Origin: Eledone cirrhosa
Taxonomy: Eukaryota
Assembly: GCA_964016885.1 (NCBI GenBank)
Contig: OZ024748.1
Coordinates: forward strand, 9,548,001 to 9,612,000
DNA length: 64,000 nt
Direction: 5' to 3'
Below are positions 13,674 to 27,818 of the stretch, piece by piece (the first letter of the stretch is position 1; every line of letters starts with the position of its first letter). The translations under genes and the position numbers were made by a program. The notes below the pieces were generated by a model. It was not told the DNA's origin, searched no databases, and saw only the letters and a list, made by a program, of their open reading frames with translations.

Positions 13674-13677
<4 letters not shown>
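13157..13677. mobile_element. PLE-derived fold-back element, family A
   Basis: ~205-bp near-perfect inverted arms (13157-13587) with a hammerhead in each, plus an unpaired 3' tail. Confidence 0.8.
13477..13542 (+). ncRNA. Minimal type I hammerhead ribozyme (family A); mirror copy on - strand 13202-13267
   Basis: tattttat-CTGATGA-aagcgcacc...ggttgccctt-GAAA-tatgta-TA/ataaaata. Confidence 0.8.
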
Positions 13678-13715
<38 letters not shown>

Positions 13716-13849
13716 TATATCTATATATATATACATATATATATCTATATATATATACATATATATATCTATATATATATATATATATATATCTATATAT
13801 ATATATATATATATCTATCTATCTATATATATATATATATATATATCTA

Positions 13850-13885
<36 letters not shown>

Positions 13886-13891
13886 TATATC

Positions 13892-13923
<32 letters not shown>

Positions 13924-13927
13924 TATA

Positions 13928-13965
<38 letters not shown>

Positions 13966-14019
13966 TATATCTATATATATATACATATATATATCTATAT
14001 ATATATACATATATATATA

Positions 14020-14059
<40 letters not shown>

Positions 14060-14063
14060 TATA

Positions 14064-14099
<36 letters not shown>

Positions 14100-14109
14100 T
14101 ATATCTATA

Positions 14110-14151
<42 letters not shown>

Positions 14152-14579
14152 CATATATATATACATGCATTGAGGGTATGTGTGTGTTTGCGTCCTACAT
14201 TTCAAATATTCCCAGTGTTTCCTAAGTCAACCGATTTATATATATATATAGAGAGAGAGAGAAGGGGGGTAGAAGGTGGGAGGGAGAGATAGAATGAAAG
14301 GGGAGAGAGAGAGGAGGAGAGAGAGAGAGAGAGAGAGAGAGAGGGGAGAGAGGGGGGGGCAAGAGTGGTGAAGTACCTTGTTTTCTGATAAACAAATGTT
14401 ATTGTTATTTACCAATGTGATAATGTTGGTGAATCAATATATCTATTAATAGTCGTCGTTCCCCATCGTCGCCACACCTGTTATAGCTACACCATTGATA
14501 TCACCACCTCTCCCTCCCTCCCCCTCTCCCTCTCTCTCTCTCTCTCTCTATGGCTGCTTATATATCTCTGTATGGCTGG

Positions 14580-14617
<38 letters not shown>

Positions 14618-14620
<3 letters not shown>

Positions 14621-14906
14621 AAAAAGTATGACCCCGACGGCAGTGCTCAAGCCGTTTCGATCGCTATTTCTGGACTATACACGTACATATAGATATATCG
14701 GGAGTCCAGAAATAGGCGTCGAAACGGCTTGAGCTCTGCCGTCGGGGTAATACTTTTTCCTATTTCCCACTCTACTACCCTAAGTATTGAGTACTCTGGT
14801 GCGTTATGGTCCACCTGGTTCATTATCACAATTCCTTTGTTACATATATATATATATATATATATATATGGCTGGCTATATATCTATATATCTCTGTATG
14901 GCCGGC

Positions 14907-14973
<67 letters not shown>

Positions 14974-15168
14974 CGAGGGAAAAGTGGTAAGGAACCAGGT
15001 GGACCATAACGCACCAAAGTACTCAATACTTAGGGTAGTAGAGTGGGAAATAGGAGTAAGTAAGACCCCGACGGCTGAGCTCAAGCCGTTTCGACGGCTA
15101 ATTCTGTACTGCAGTACAGAATTAGCCGTCGAAACGGCTTGAGCTCAGCCGTCGGGGTCTTACTTACT

Positions 15169-15172
<4 letters not shown>
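14618..15172. mobile_element. Two oppositely oriented fold-back elements of one family (14618-14843 and 14970-15172)
   Basis: Each has a hairpin around ccgtcgaaacggcttgagctc; the tails are reverse complements. Related fragment at 22536-22656. Confidence 0.7.
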
Positions 15173-15228
<56 letters not shown>

Positions 15229-15261
15229 TGGCTATATATCTATATATCTCTGTATGGCCGG

Positions 15262-15319
<58 letters not shown>

Positions 15320-15556
15320 GTGGCTATATATCTATATATATGGGTGGTTATATATCTATATATCTTTGTATGGCTGGCTGTGTATGTATATATATATATA
15401 TATATATATATGGGTGGCTATATATCTATAAATATATATATATGGCTGGCTGTATATCTATATAGTTATGTAATAAACAACATAAGATAATTATTTCATT
15501 TACCAGTGGTTTCCTGTACCTTTCCGACGGAACTACTTCATTCATTCATATATACA

Positions 15557-15626
<70 letters not shown>

Positions 15627-15628
<2 letters not shown>

Positions 15629-15745
15629 CGTGTGGCTGAGTGGTTAGAGAATTGGATTCGCAATCGTAAGGTTGTGAGTTCGATTCCTGGACCAGGCGGT
15701 GCGTTATGTCCTTGAGCAAGACACTTTATTTCACCTTGCTCCTTC
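15627..15745 (+). mobile_element. tRNA-derived SINE with CORE-like domain
   Basis: A box tggctgagtgg, B box gttcgattcc, followed by gtccttgagcaagacacttta. Confidence 0.8.
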
Positions 15746-15859
15746 TGCCTGGAGTTGCGACCGATAGATAGTATTAGCAATTGGAAAGACCAACGGAAAC
15801 ATTGTTCCCTCGGTCCGATTTGACGAAAGTCGATCGTTCCTATCATATATATATATATA

Positions 15860-16370
15860 CAGGATAACAAATTATTGTTATAGGTAGTCCACTTAGGTGT
15901 AGTCCAGTTAGGGTACTCCGAGTAGTGGATAGTATTAACGCTTGGCTAAGTTTGACTCAACAAGGCGTTTCCATAGCGATGCTGCGAGTACGCGTGATTT
16001 CTATGTAGTTTACACTTGGAGTAATGATATATCAAGAAAGAAGAGTGACACGGTTTGCTATACAATAAGGGCTTTAATCACATTGCTGACAATTGTTTCT
16101 CTGAACTGGTAGGTCTAGAGATCGATACCCGCCTGTTTCTGCGTCAATCGATCACCAATACATAGTTATAACCAGTCAATTCATCAGAGCTAGCGAGAAT
16201 GAATCATTCATTCTCTGATAAATTGACTGGTTATAACTATGTATTGGTGATCGATTGACGCAGAAACAAGCGGGTAGCGATCTCTAGACCTACCAGTTCA
16301 GAGAAACAATTGTCAGCAATGTGATTAAAGCCCTTATTGTATAACCGTGTCACTCTTCTTTCTTGATATA
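15860..16370. mobile_element. PLE-derived fold-back element with long-stem hammerhead
   Basis: Inverted arms ~16027-16370 plus an unpaired tail 15860-16026; flanked by (TA)n. Confidence 0.75.
16085..16190 (-). ncRNA. Hammerhead ribozyme with ~80 nt stem II region
   Basis: Minus strand: gct-CTGATGA-attgactggt...accagttcaga-GAAA-caattg-TC/agc. Stem I only 3 bp, truncated by the inversion. Confidence 0.6.
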
Positions 16371-16707
16371 TATATATATATATATACATATATATGTATA
16401 TATATATACATATATATGATATTAAACAAATGGAAACTATATTTATAAAACCATATTTATTATAAATATAGTTTCCATTTGTTTAATATCGTAAACCTAC
16501 TCCAGAAACTGTTGAGTGCTTTTATATCAGTTATAAAATATTTACTCGTTGTAACCCAACAATCTTAAATAAAACTTTTACATATATATGTATATATATA
16601 TAACGAAGACGTGTGGCTGAATGACGTTGAGTGCTTTCCATAACATTACATCGTGGCTGACCACACAGAATGACCAGTTCTAACCAGTGGGATACCAACA
16701 AACCCAA

Positions 16708-16768
<61 letters not shown>

Positions 16769-17095
16769 TGTATGTGTCAGTGACAGTGTATATCTATATA
16801 TATATATATATGTTGCATATGTGTCAATTATATATAAATATATAATTGAATATATGAGAGGAATGAACACCGATACAAGTATTCTTGTGTTCCAATTGCA
16901 AATGACCAAACCATATTGTTTTAAATTAGTATTTTTTCAACCTAGCTAACTTGGTCGTCTGCAATTGGAACACATGTATACTTGTATCTGTGTCCATCCC
17001 TCTCATATATTCAATTGTATTACACGGCTCGGATAGATTCCCTTCTTTGAGCTATTTAATTGTAAAAGATTATTTTGAGTTTCTAACTCAATCTA

Positions 17096-17154
<59 letters not shown>

Positions 17155-17159
<5 letters not shown>

Positions 17160-17508
17160 GTGAGGTTTTTTTTACAAAATGAAAAATAACCGAGGTGTCC
17201 TACACGAGTGAAAGTATAAAGAAAAAGAGATGAAATCGAAAATGCAACTGGAGTCTTATTTTTTTTTTAAATATATATATTTATTTGGTTCCTTTACCGG
17301 TTTCGCAGTTCTTCTGCTTTTCAAAAGGTGAGTTGAGATGGAGGGTCTGTGGTTTTTCTCACATCAGATGTGAGAAAAACCACAGACCCTCTTTCTCAAC
17401 TCACCTTTTGAAAAGCAGAAGAACTGCGAAACCGGTAAAGGAACCAAATAAATATATATATTTTTTTTAAAAATAAGACTCCAGTTGCATTTTCGATTTC
17501 ATCTCTTT

Positions 17509-17512
<4 letters not shown>
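17155..17512. mobile_element. PLE-derived fold-back element with U3-A8 hammerheads
   Basis: ~145-bp inverted arms 17220-17512 centred on catcagatg; (TA)n both sides. Confidence 0.75.
17404..17441 (+). ncRNA. 38-nt hammerhead ribozyme with U3-A8 variant core; mirror copy on - strand 17291-17328
   Basis: cctt-TTGAAAA-gcag-aagaa-ctgc-GAAA-ccgg-TA/aagg. All three stems pair perfectly. Confidence 0.7.
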
Positions 17513-17568
<56 letters not shown>

Positions 17569-17753
17569 TTGGAAAGTGAGATTTATTTAATCATGTCTCA
17601 TATAAAATAAGACAGCCGACTATCCACATAATACAATATAGTTAGCACCCCAAACGTATAATTGGAAATATACTTAGGTATTTCATAATCTTTGTTGAGT
17701 GAGATGGAAGTTGGTCGGGGTATCGCTAATAGCTTTCTCTGTTAATGTATTAA

Positions 17754-17812
<59 letters not shown>

Positions 17813-17954
17813 CCTATGCATACACATTAACAAACATCTTTATCTGTCTTTGTACCTATGTAGGCTTGTTTGTTCATACGCCATATATATGCATGTTCAT
17901 GCGCTTAGTGCATGTATGTATGTATATAGTGTACGCTATGTTAAACCGTGTTGA

Positions 17955-18143
<189 letters not shown>

Positions 18144-18346
18144 AAAAGGTAAACAGAAATAACAAAAATTATACAAACGGTACAGTACATGGAAGAAATA
18201 TATTAGTTTAACGCTTGAAATAGCGTTAAACTATGAAGAGAGTGTTAATGCTTCGGACACTAGTCCTTCATCAGAAGATATGGTTAGAAACAGAAGATAA
18301 ATAGAAAGTAAAGCGTGATGAACGGAAGGAACGTGCGTTTTCAGTC

Positions 18347-18420
<74 letters not shown>

Positions 18421-18794
18421 ACATATACTTAAATATATCAAACATTAACAGGAGAAAATTTTTTAAAGGATTAGTGTTCCTTTCAAGGGACTCAGTGGGA
18501 AATAGAGATAAGTTCTGGCTTGATGGGTTTTCAACGAGGACTATAACCTAAATGTTTCATATAGAGCAGCTTAGTTTTAATATTTCCACAATTATTCTAT
18601 ATTTGTGTTTAGGAATATGAAGAATTAGTTTTTAAAGACAAATGGAAAGATTTATCTTAATCCGATTTTCAGTTCCATGACGCAGTCTGAATCAGATTGA
18701 AAAGTTATTACCGTTTCTGAATTAGTTATTAGACACGGAGCAGATTCCGTTCGTGTCTTGCTACCAATGTTTGTATCAGTTCCCCCCCCCCCCC

Positions 18795-19045
18795 ACACAC
18801 ACACACACAACAGTACTGCCATGTGGTACCACTGCCCCCACAGACACCATCAGTACTGCCATGTAGTACCACTGCCTCCCCCCCCCAACACCATCAATAC
18901 TGTCATGTGGTACCACTGCCCCCCCCCCCACACACACACACACACACCAACAGTACTGCCATGTAGTACCACTGCCCCACACACCAACAGTACTGCCATG
19001 TAGTACCACGGCCCCACACACACACACCATCAGTACTGCCATGAC
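18795..19045. repeat. Minisatellite (cagtactgccatgtagtaccactgcccc)
   Basis: About 6 copies. Confidence 0.85.
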
Positions 19046-20471
19046 CAAAGCAACACTGTAATTATACAAAGAGTCTTTGTGTAACTTCAAAGATTTGTTT
19101 CTTCTTCCTAATTCTGGGACTATTAACAGGATAACCTCGGCAACCCTGATCAATGCCACTACTATACACCAGGAAAAGAAGTTCAATATATTCAAATTGA
19201 TTATTGATCAGATAAACTGCTCTTCCTGGTCTGGAAATAAGTTGTTTGTTTGGATCTTGTTTTGCTTTCAGTTTTTATCTTGATAAAACATTAAGAAGAG
19301 TTCAATGAAACCAATTTCTTTCATTTGGTAGATGGCCTGGGTTTCGCCAAACTGTGATATGTGTGTGGGAATGGCATCAACCAGACATCCGTAAATGTTG
19401 TTTAAATTCTGCAGTTAATTCCTCTGCCTTCAGAGAAGCTGCTGATAGTTGTTCAGAAGAAATTTCCACGCTTAACTTACTCGTCAAATCATCTTAGCTT
19501 AATCACAGTAGATATACGAACAGTTTCATTAATCTCGCCAAGACTCTATAACTGCTCGTTCTGTAGATAAAAGCTTGTTTCAGACAGATAAGTTAGGCCA
19601 CTCATTCTAACTGATACAGCAGCAGCCATTATAGAAAGGCAATGACCAAATATCAAGCTCTTTGAGTTTCAGACATAAATATTTATATTAAAATATTCTC
19701 TCGTGGAATCTCTCTTGTAATGACAATGGAGTTTGTAAAGATTTGGAAACCAAAATATCTCTTGGTATTTAAATTACGTACTTTTAGGTTTAGTTTCCTC
19801 CTCCAAGTCGCCTTTCAACCTTTCAAGCCAATATGTACTATCCAAATAATAGGATCAATTTAATTGATTCTGCGCCCCCCCCCCCCCCCCCCCATGATGT
19901 ATCGTGTTGTTCAAATGTTACAAATCAATATATTTTTCTAATATAGATTTAATACCTTTATTTAGTTTATGTAGCCACTTCCGAAACTTTTCAGCACAAG
20001 ACATACGAACCATCATAGAAGGATACAGTAAAATAACATGATGATCTCGGAATAGTGACAAACATAAAACCAATTGATTATCAATGATAAGCTGATTTAA
20101 ATAGAAATATTCTGTTTAGTATTCCGAAATCATTAACCAAGCCATTTTTAATCAGCGATAAAATGTTATGTAGGGAGGTTTCAAATGTTAACACCATCGA
20201 CCGTTAGAAATCAAAAGAAAATAATTTAGCTTATAGTGTTGTGGAAAATCAGTAATGTTGTCAATAGTGTCAGAAAAAAGAACTATCACTTATTTTATAA
20301 CAATGTAAAACGTTTATCACTGGAAACAGTAAATAGTAGTTCCTGGCTAATAGAAATTGATAATTATCAATTGCTATTGATCTTGTAAGTTTATTCAGTT
20401 TAAAATTTACTCCGCTAATGTTTGTGGCTGCTAAATAACCTTAATCCTTTTAATAAAGTCTTTAACTATAA

Positions 20472-20640
20472 ATAATTGTTTCTACTTTTGGCACAAGGCC
20501 AGCAATTATCCCAGTGTATTACTAGTACTTTATTTTATCGACCCCGTAAGGATGAAAGGCAAAGTTAACTTCGGTTCATAAAGGGCCGTAACTCTTTGCT
20601 GTAAAGCATGGCGTCCGACCCTCTACCGATACTGCCAATC
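20472..20640 (-). mobile_element. tRNA-derived SINE, second family (gcctttcatccttacggggtcgataaaat domain)
   Basis: Reverse complement of the copies at 38330 and 39374. Confidence 0.8.
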
Positions 20641-20717
20641 ATAAAATATTGTCATACTTTGTAAGGGTCATGCTGCAAATAAAAACACACTCATCAATTG
20701 AGTTTCACTTCAGTCTG

Positions 20718-20890
20718 CAGCATAGAGTTACGGCCCTTTACGTTCTGAGTTCAAATCCTGCCGAGGTTAGCTTTGCCTTTCATCTTTACGGGGTCAATAA
20801 AATAACGTACGAGTAACGTACTGGGATCGATTTAATCGATTTTCCCTTCCCCAAAAATTGTTAGCCTTGTGCCTAAATCAGAGACCATTA
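20718..20890 (+). mobile_element. tRNA-derived SINE, second family (5'-truncated)
   Basis: gagttcaaatcctgccgaggttagctttgcctttcatc... Confidence 0.75.
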
Positions 20891-21045
20891 CCACAAAGTA
20901 TTCTATCCGACTTTCTAACGACTCTGCCAATTCCTCACCCTGTATTGCGTCCTTGCAGATGTTATATTTTCTTCTAATATATCCTTCACTCGCCTGTATT
21001 TCTTTTGCTATTTTAAAGGAAATATTGTAAAAGGTCTAAACCACC

Positions 21046-21897
21046 TCTGTCATGTCAACATGTGGCGGTGGTGTCTTGGGTCTCTCATGTCAACATGTGG
21101 CGGTGGTGTCTTGGGTATCTGTCATGTCAACATGTGGCGGTGGTGTCTTGGGTCTCTCATGTCAACATGTGGCGGTGGTGTCTTGGGTCTATCATGTCAA
21201 CATGTGGCGGTGGTGTCTTGGGTCTCTCATGTCAACATGTGGCGGTGGTGTCTTGGGTCTCTCATGTCAACATGTGGCGGTGGTGTCTTGGGTATCTGTC
21301 ATGTCAACATGTGGCGGTGGTGTCTTGGGTCTCTCATGTCAACATGTGGCGGTGGTGTCTTGGGTCTATCATGTCAACATGTGGCGGTGGTGTCTTGGGT
21401 CTCTCATGTCAACATGTGGCGGTGGTGTCTTGGGTTTCTCATGTCAACATGTGGCGATGGTGTCTTGAGTCTCTGTCATGTCAACATGTGGCGGTGGTGC
21501 CTTTGGTCTCATGTCAACATGTGGCGGTGGTGTCTTGGGTCTCTGTCATGTCAACATGTGGCGGTGGTGTCTTGGGTCTCTCATGTCAACATGTGGCGGT
21601 GGTGTCTTGGGTCTATCATGTCAACATGTGGCGGTGGTGTCTTGGGTCTCTGTCATGTCAACATGTGGCGGTGGTGTCTTGGGTCTCTGTAATGTCAACA
21701 TGTGGCGGTGGTGTCTTGGGTCTCTGTAATGTCAACATGTGGAGGTGGTGTCTTGGGTCTCTGTAATGTCAACATGTGGCGGTGGTGTCTTGGGTCTCTG
21801 TCATGTCAACATGTGGCGGTGGTGTCTTGGGTCTCTGTCATGTCAACATGTGGCGGTGGTGTCTTGGGTCTATGTAATGTCAACATGTGGAGGTGGT
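21046..21897. repeat. 37-39 bp minisatellite (catgtcaacatgtggcggtggtgtcttgggtctct), ~22 copies
   Basis: Directly visible tandem array. Confidence 0.95.
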
Positions 21898-22663
21898 GAC
21901 TTGAGAACATTAACAGGTGTTGGTGTTCTCGAAATCTTTTCTTCAGTATCATAAAACATTGTTTTTGTTTCGCTTTTGTTCGTTGTTGTTGTTTTTATTG
22001 GAATACATTCCCTTAATGTCGTCTTTTGTCCGTCAATGTATCGTTGCAACATTCCCTTAATGTCGTCTTTTGTCTGTCAATGTATCCTTGCAACATTCCC
22101 AAATATCTTTCCACGTAACAGATTATTAACGAACGAAGAAATGAAACTCAGCTTGAAATATTCCTGTAAATATCACTGACATTTTTTCATGTTAACGTGT
22201 TTGGCTGACGGGCCATAAAATTAATGAACTATCATATAAAGTCCATACTTCACTGATATAAACACAGCAACATAAGCGGCTCTCATCAAAGTTGTAATAA
22301 ACTTCAATTATAAAATCTCTACTTTACAATATAATTGTGATATATTTCCTTTCTTTTTATCATTTCATGGAAGTCCGGATTTATTGGGGATGGAGAGGAC
22401 GCCCCCACCCACACTTTTTTTTTAGAATAGGGCTCCCTATTGCTACTTTTTAAGGAACGGGGTTAGAAAGGGACACAAGAAATATGTTTTTAATAACAGT
22501 TAATATACTAGATCTAGTGTTAACTAAAAATAGTAGAGAGTCAGGACCCGACGGCTGAGCTCTTGCCGACTATTTACTATATTTACACTCTACTATTTCA
22601 AACATCGAGTACTCTGCAGAATAATGGTCTCACTAGTTTAAATTGGTAATACCCGACACACGC

Positions 22664-22835
<172 letters not shown>

Positions 22836-22937
22836 ATCGATGTGCAGTTAGCATTTATCGAAGTTAGCATTCTACAAGAGTCTCCTCCCCGTAGAACTGA
22901 CAACACTGAAAGTTGGTTCCTTTAATAGAGACCAACT

Positions 22938-23242
22938 AGAAGAAGAAGAAGAAGAAGAAGAAGAAGAAGAAGAAGAAGAAGAAGAAGAAAAGGAAGAAAA
23001 AGAAGAAGAAGAAGAAAAGGAAGAAGAAGAAGAAAAGGAAGAAAAAGAAGAAGAAAAGGAAGAAAAAGAAGAAGAAAAAGAAGAAGAAGAAGAAGAAGAA
23101 GAAGAAGAAGAAGAAGAAGAAAAGGAAGAAAAAGAAGAAAAGGAAGAAAAAGAAGAAGAAAAAGAAGAAGAAGAAAAGGAAGAAAAAGAAGAAGAAAAGG
23201 AAGAAAAAGAAGAAGAAGAAGAAGAAGAAGAAGAAGAAGAAG
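22938..23242. repeat. (GAA)n purine tract
   Basis: Directly visible. Confidence 0.95.
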
Positions 23243-23670
23243 CTTTTTAATTGCCTCCGGCTTCTTCAGCTTGCAACAAAGTTGTTAGCTTAATGATATA
23301 CTCTTGTGAAATAGTTGTTGTGAAACGGTAGAGTTCCTATTGCCATGGTGCTGCCGACAAAAGATCATTTGGTGTTGCTTATGATGTTGGAATCGAAGAA
23401 GGGTGGGTGGTGGGGGATATGTCAGCATGATGGTAGAATATCTAATGTTAGCCAATTAGAGAAAGCTTGTCAATTAATAGAATGTCGGTCTGTGTGTGTC
23501 TGTGAGTGTCGTTGTGTGAGTGTATGTGTCGGTGTGTGTGAGTGTGAATGTATGTGTCTATGTGTGAATGTATGTCGGTGTGTATGTGTGTGTATATATA
23601 TATATATATATGTGTATGTATGTATGTATGTATATATATATGTGTGTGTGTATGTATGTATGTATGTGTG

Positions 23671-23713
<43 letters not shown>

Positions 23714-24364
23714 GTATGTGTGTGTGTGTGTGTGTGTCTGTGTGTATGTGTGTCTGTGTGTGTCTGTCTGTGTGTGTCTGTCTGTGTGTGTCTGTCTGTG
23801 TATGTGTGTGTTTGGTTCTTGAATCACATGCTCCATGTATTTTAAGCACTGAAAATGTTCAGTTTTTCCACCTGTGGAAATATTAAGTAGACTTGGCAGT
23901 AATAAGATGTCCACTGACTGTGCAAATGAGACATTATTTGAAGTGGAAATATATGTGACATTATGTTGTTCATTAATCTTCACTGGGTGTGGAAATGTGA
24001 CATTATTTCAAGTGGAAATATATGTGATATTATGTTCATTAATTAAGTCTGTTCAGTAAGGAAATTAGAAAACAAAACCTTCACCAGATTCATGCATTAC
24101 AAATATAGAACAATGCTACTGCAATGGCGGAAAGAATTATTCTATTAATATCACTATTATTGGAGATTTAGCTCCAATAAAATATATCCATTTGTTTTCC
24201 TAGAAATTGTCGTTCGCCTTTAGACGGATATTATATAACCAGCCGAGGATTTTCTTGGCATTTCTAGTGAAACGTAAAGGTTACCATAGCAACAAGGCTC
24301 ACCATAATAATGATGTTTGTGAATATCCCGGAAATTGTGGTTACTATACTGAGAATATATTGAT

Positions 24365-24545
24365 GGCGTGTGGTTTAGTGGTTAAGATGTTGGACTAGAC
24401 TTACAATCATAATGTCGTCAGTTCGATTCCTGGACCAGTTGGCGTGTTGTGTTCTTAGGCAAATCCCTTCATTTCACTTCGCTCCAATATACTACAGCAG
24501 TAGCTGGGAGTTCATCCTGTGATGGACAGGTGTCGTGAACAGGGA
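24365..24545 (+). mobile_element. tRNA-derived CORE-like SINE
   Basis: Homologous to 15627 and 28581; A and B boxes present. Confidence 0.75.
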
Positions 24546-25298
24546 TGAATGGGGGATAAATATTAACTTCTTTTATGGAATGTGTTTTGCTACTCTTACT
24601 GCGATGTTAACCCTATTGCTGAACGTTATAAATGATATTGTGTACCTTAGTTGACTACTGTCTGTGTAGTTTACAGGTTTGGCCGTATAAACATTTCAAC
24701 GAAATACTGCAAGTACTTCGAGGCATAGTGGTCCCTACTGCTTTGAGGACACTGCTACAGCATGGCCATTGACGTCATGTTAAACACCAGATGTATTGAG
24801 AGGGGGTTATATCTGACATATCAAACATACACAAAGTAATGTTAAGCACCAGACGTATTGAGCAGGAGATATCAGACATTAAACATATACACAAACCAAA
24901 GTTTAACACCAGACGTATTGAGAAGGGGTTATATCTGACACACCAATCATACGTATAAAGTAATGTTAAGCACCATACGTATTGAGCAAGAGATATATAA
25001 GACATATGAAACACACATTAACCAATGTTAAGCACCATACATAATAACACACCCCATACTAGATAGCTATACCAGGCTATGTTGCAATGTTCCAATAACA
25101 ATATTTCTGAAGATGTTAGAGAATTGAGAACATATATTAGTGGAATCTATTGTCAAATAAATGTGTCCTACAAATGAAATTATGTATCATCATAACAATA
25201 GTATTTCATACCTCAGAGAAAAACCTACTTTAGATGACATTTCCCTAACTTCTACTGCAGAGGGATAATTTTTCTCCATTCATGCAACAATGTAGCTT

Positions 25299-25299
<1 letters not shown>

Positions 25300-25340
<41 letters not shown>

Positions 25341-26567
25341 TACATATATATATGTACATATATATATATATACACATACATACATACACGTACATATATA
25401 TATATATACACATACATACACGTACATATATATATATATACATACATACACGTACATATATATATATATATATATACATACATACACGTACATATATATA
25501 TATATACATACATACATACACGTACATATATATATATATATACATACATACACGTACATATATATATATATATATACATACATACACGTACATATATATA
25601 TATATATACATACATACACGTACATATATATATATATATATACATACATACACGTACATATATATATATATATACATACATACACGTACATATATATATA
25701 TATATATACATACATACACGTACATATATATATATATACATACATACACGTACATATATATATATATATACATACATACACGTACATATATATATATATA
25801 TACATACATACACGTACATATATATATATATACATACATACACGTACATATATATATATACATACATACACGTACATATATATATATATATACATACATA
25901 CACGTACATATATATATATATATACATACATACACGTACATATATATATATATATACATACATACACGTACATATATATATATATATATACATACATACA
26001 CGTACATATATATATATATATACATACATACACGTACATATATATATATATATATACATACATACACGTACATATATATATATATATATACATACATACA
26101 CGTACATATATATATATACATACATACACGTACATATATATATATATACATACATACACGTACATATATATATATACATACATACACGTACATATATATA
26201 TATACATACATACACGTACATATATATATATATATATATACATACATACACGTACATATATATATATATATACATACATACACGTACATATATATATATA
26301 TATACATACATACATACACGTACATATATATATATATGTATATACATACACGTACATATATACATACATACACGTACACATATATATATATATATACATA
26401 CATACACGTACATATATACATACATACACGTACACATATATATATATATACATACATACACGTACATATATACATACATACACGTACACATATATATATA
26501 TATACATACATACACGTACATATATACATACATACACGTACATATATATATACATACATACATACAC

Positions 26568-26612
<45 letters not shown>

Positions 26613-26635
26613 CACGCGTGTGTATATATATATAG
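25300..26635. repeat. Compound minisatellite [(TA)n-CATACATACACGTACA]
   Basis: About 40 copies with variable (TA) spacer. Confidence 0.95.
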
Positions 26636-27132
26636 AGAGAGAGAGATAGATACATACATACACACACACACGTGTGTATATATATATATATGTGTGTATA
26701 TATATATATATCTCCATACAGAGGAAGATAGAGAGATATATGTTGTCACAACGAAACCATTATTTCTGTGTTTGTTGTATGAATAATGTATGTTGATGAA
26801 AGTGTAGATAAACGACAATGTAAATGTCTTTCATTTTTAATGTCTATATGCTTTGTGTAAGCCTCTACGGACAGAACTAGTATATACAGTTAGTGAGGGT
26901 GTGGGGGAGGTGGAAGAGATAATAAGGTGGAGGTGGATCGTGGATTATGATAATGTGCATATATGATATATTTATGAAACTATGAATGAATAATATATGT
27001 GTCTATATGTATATATGATATACACATATGTGTGTGTGTTTGTGTGTGTGTGTGTGTTTGTGTGTGTATTTGTGCATAAAACAAAGAAAAAAGATAGAAG
27101 TCGGGCGTAGGTAGAAGGTTCATTGTTTTACG

Positions 27133-27175
<43 letters not shown>

Positions 27176-27469
27176 TTATGTAAATGAATCATAATAGACA
27201 TCACACCAGCCGATCAGTCTTCCTCTCCACTCCCTTCTAACCTTCTGTACGCCTGTCATCCTTCTGTACGTTCGACTACAGTCCATATTATTCTATTGTT
27301 TTACTATTTCTCTCCTTTCACTAATCCCTCACACACAGTTCTCTCTCTTCTCTGTCAGTTGACTCACATGGGATACTTGTTCATCTATATTTGTGTAATT
27401 CCCCTAAACACATAATTTGTCTCTACCTGTTCTGTTATGTCCAAATGTACAGTGAAATGAGCGGTATCG

Positions 27470-27580
27470 AACTTAATGAACCGAAACTGTAGTGATTTCC
27501 AGAGGTTGACTGAGGAGATGGGACTCTCCATCTTTCCGTTGATTTTTCCATTGTCTTCGTCCCGTGTGCCCCCTATATTG
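27470..27580. mobile_element. Tail fragment of the family at 12685-13080
   Basis: Reverse-complement homolog of ~12700-12790 (ccatctcctcagtcaa.ctctggaaatca). Confidence 0.6.
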
Positions 27581-27599
27581 AATATATACATATATATAC

Positions 27600-27634
<35 letters not shown>

Positions 27635-27641
<7 letters not shown>

Positions 27642-27786
27642 GGCTTCTCCAGGACGAGAACTGTTTCTTTCGAATGAAACAGTTCTAGTCCTGTAGAAGC
27701 CATTTCTATATTAAACTTGATGTTTACATTCTACTAATGTATTGAGTACCTTACTTACAATGGTTACCCCCGATTGAACCCGGGAC

Positions 27787-27788
<2 letters not shown>
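27635..27788. mobile_element. Small fold-back element; homolog at 12252-12395
   Basis: Hairpin gcttct.caggac...gtcctgtagaagc plus tail tattgagtaccttactta. Confidence 0.65.

Positions 27789-27818
<30 letters not shown>

Noticed and set aside
15627-15700. tRNA genes at SINE heads (also 24365, 28600, 38330)
   Set aside because: No proper acceptor stem; followed by SINE body sequence.
19060-19680. Complex unique-looking sequence, possible coding
   Set aside because: No long open frame or identifiable domain; probably a decayed TE.
21046-21897. CRISPR-like appearance of the 37-39 bp repeats
   Set aside because: Head-to-tail units with no unique spacers, no cas genes, eukaryotic context.
27510-27540. 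CTGAGGA-gatgg..ccatc hammerhead candidate
   Set aside because: Followed by TTTC, not GAAA; no stem III.
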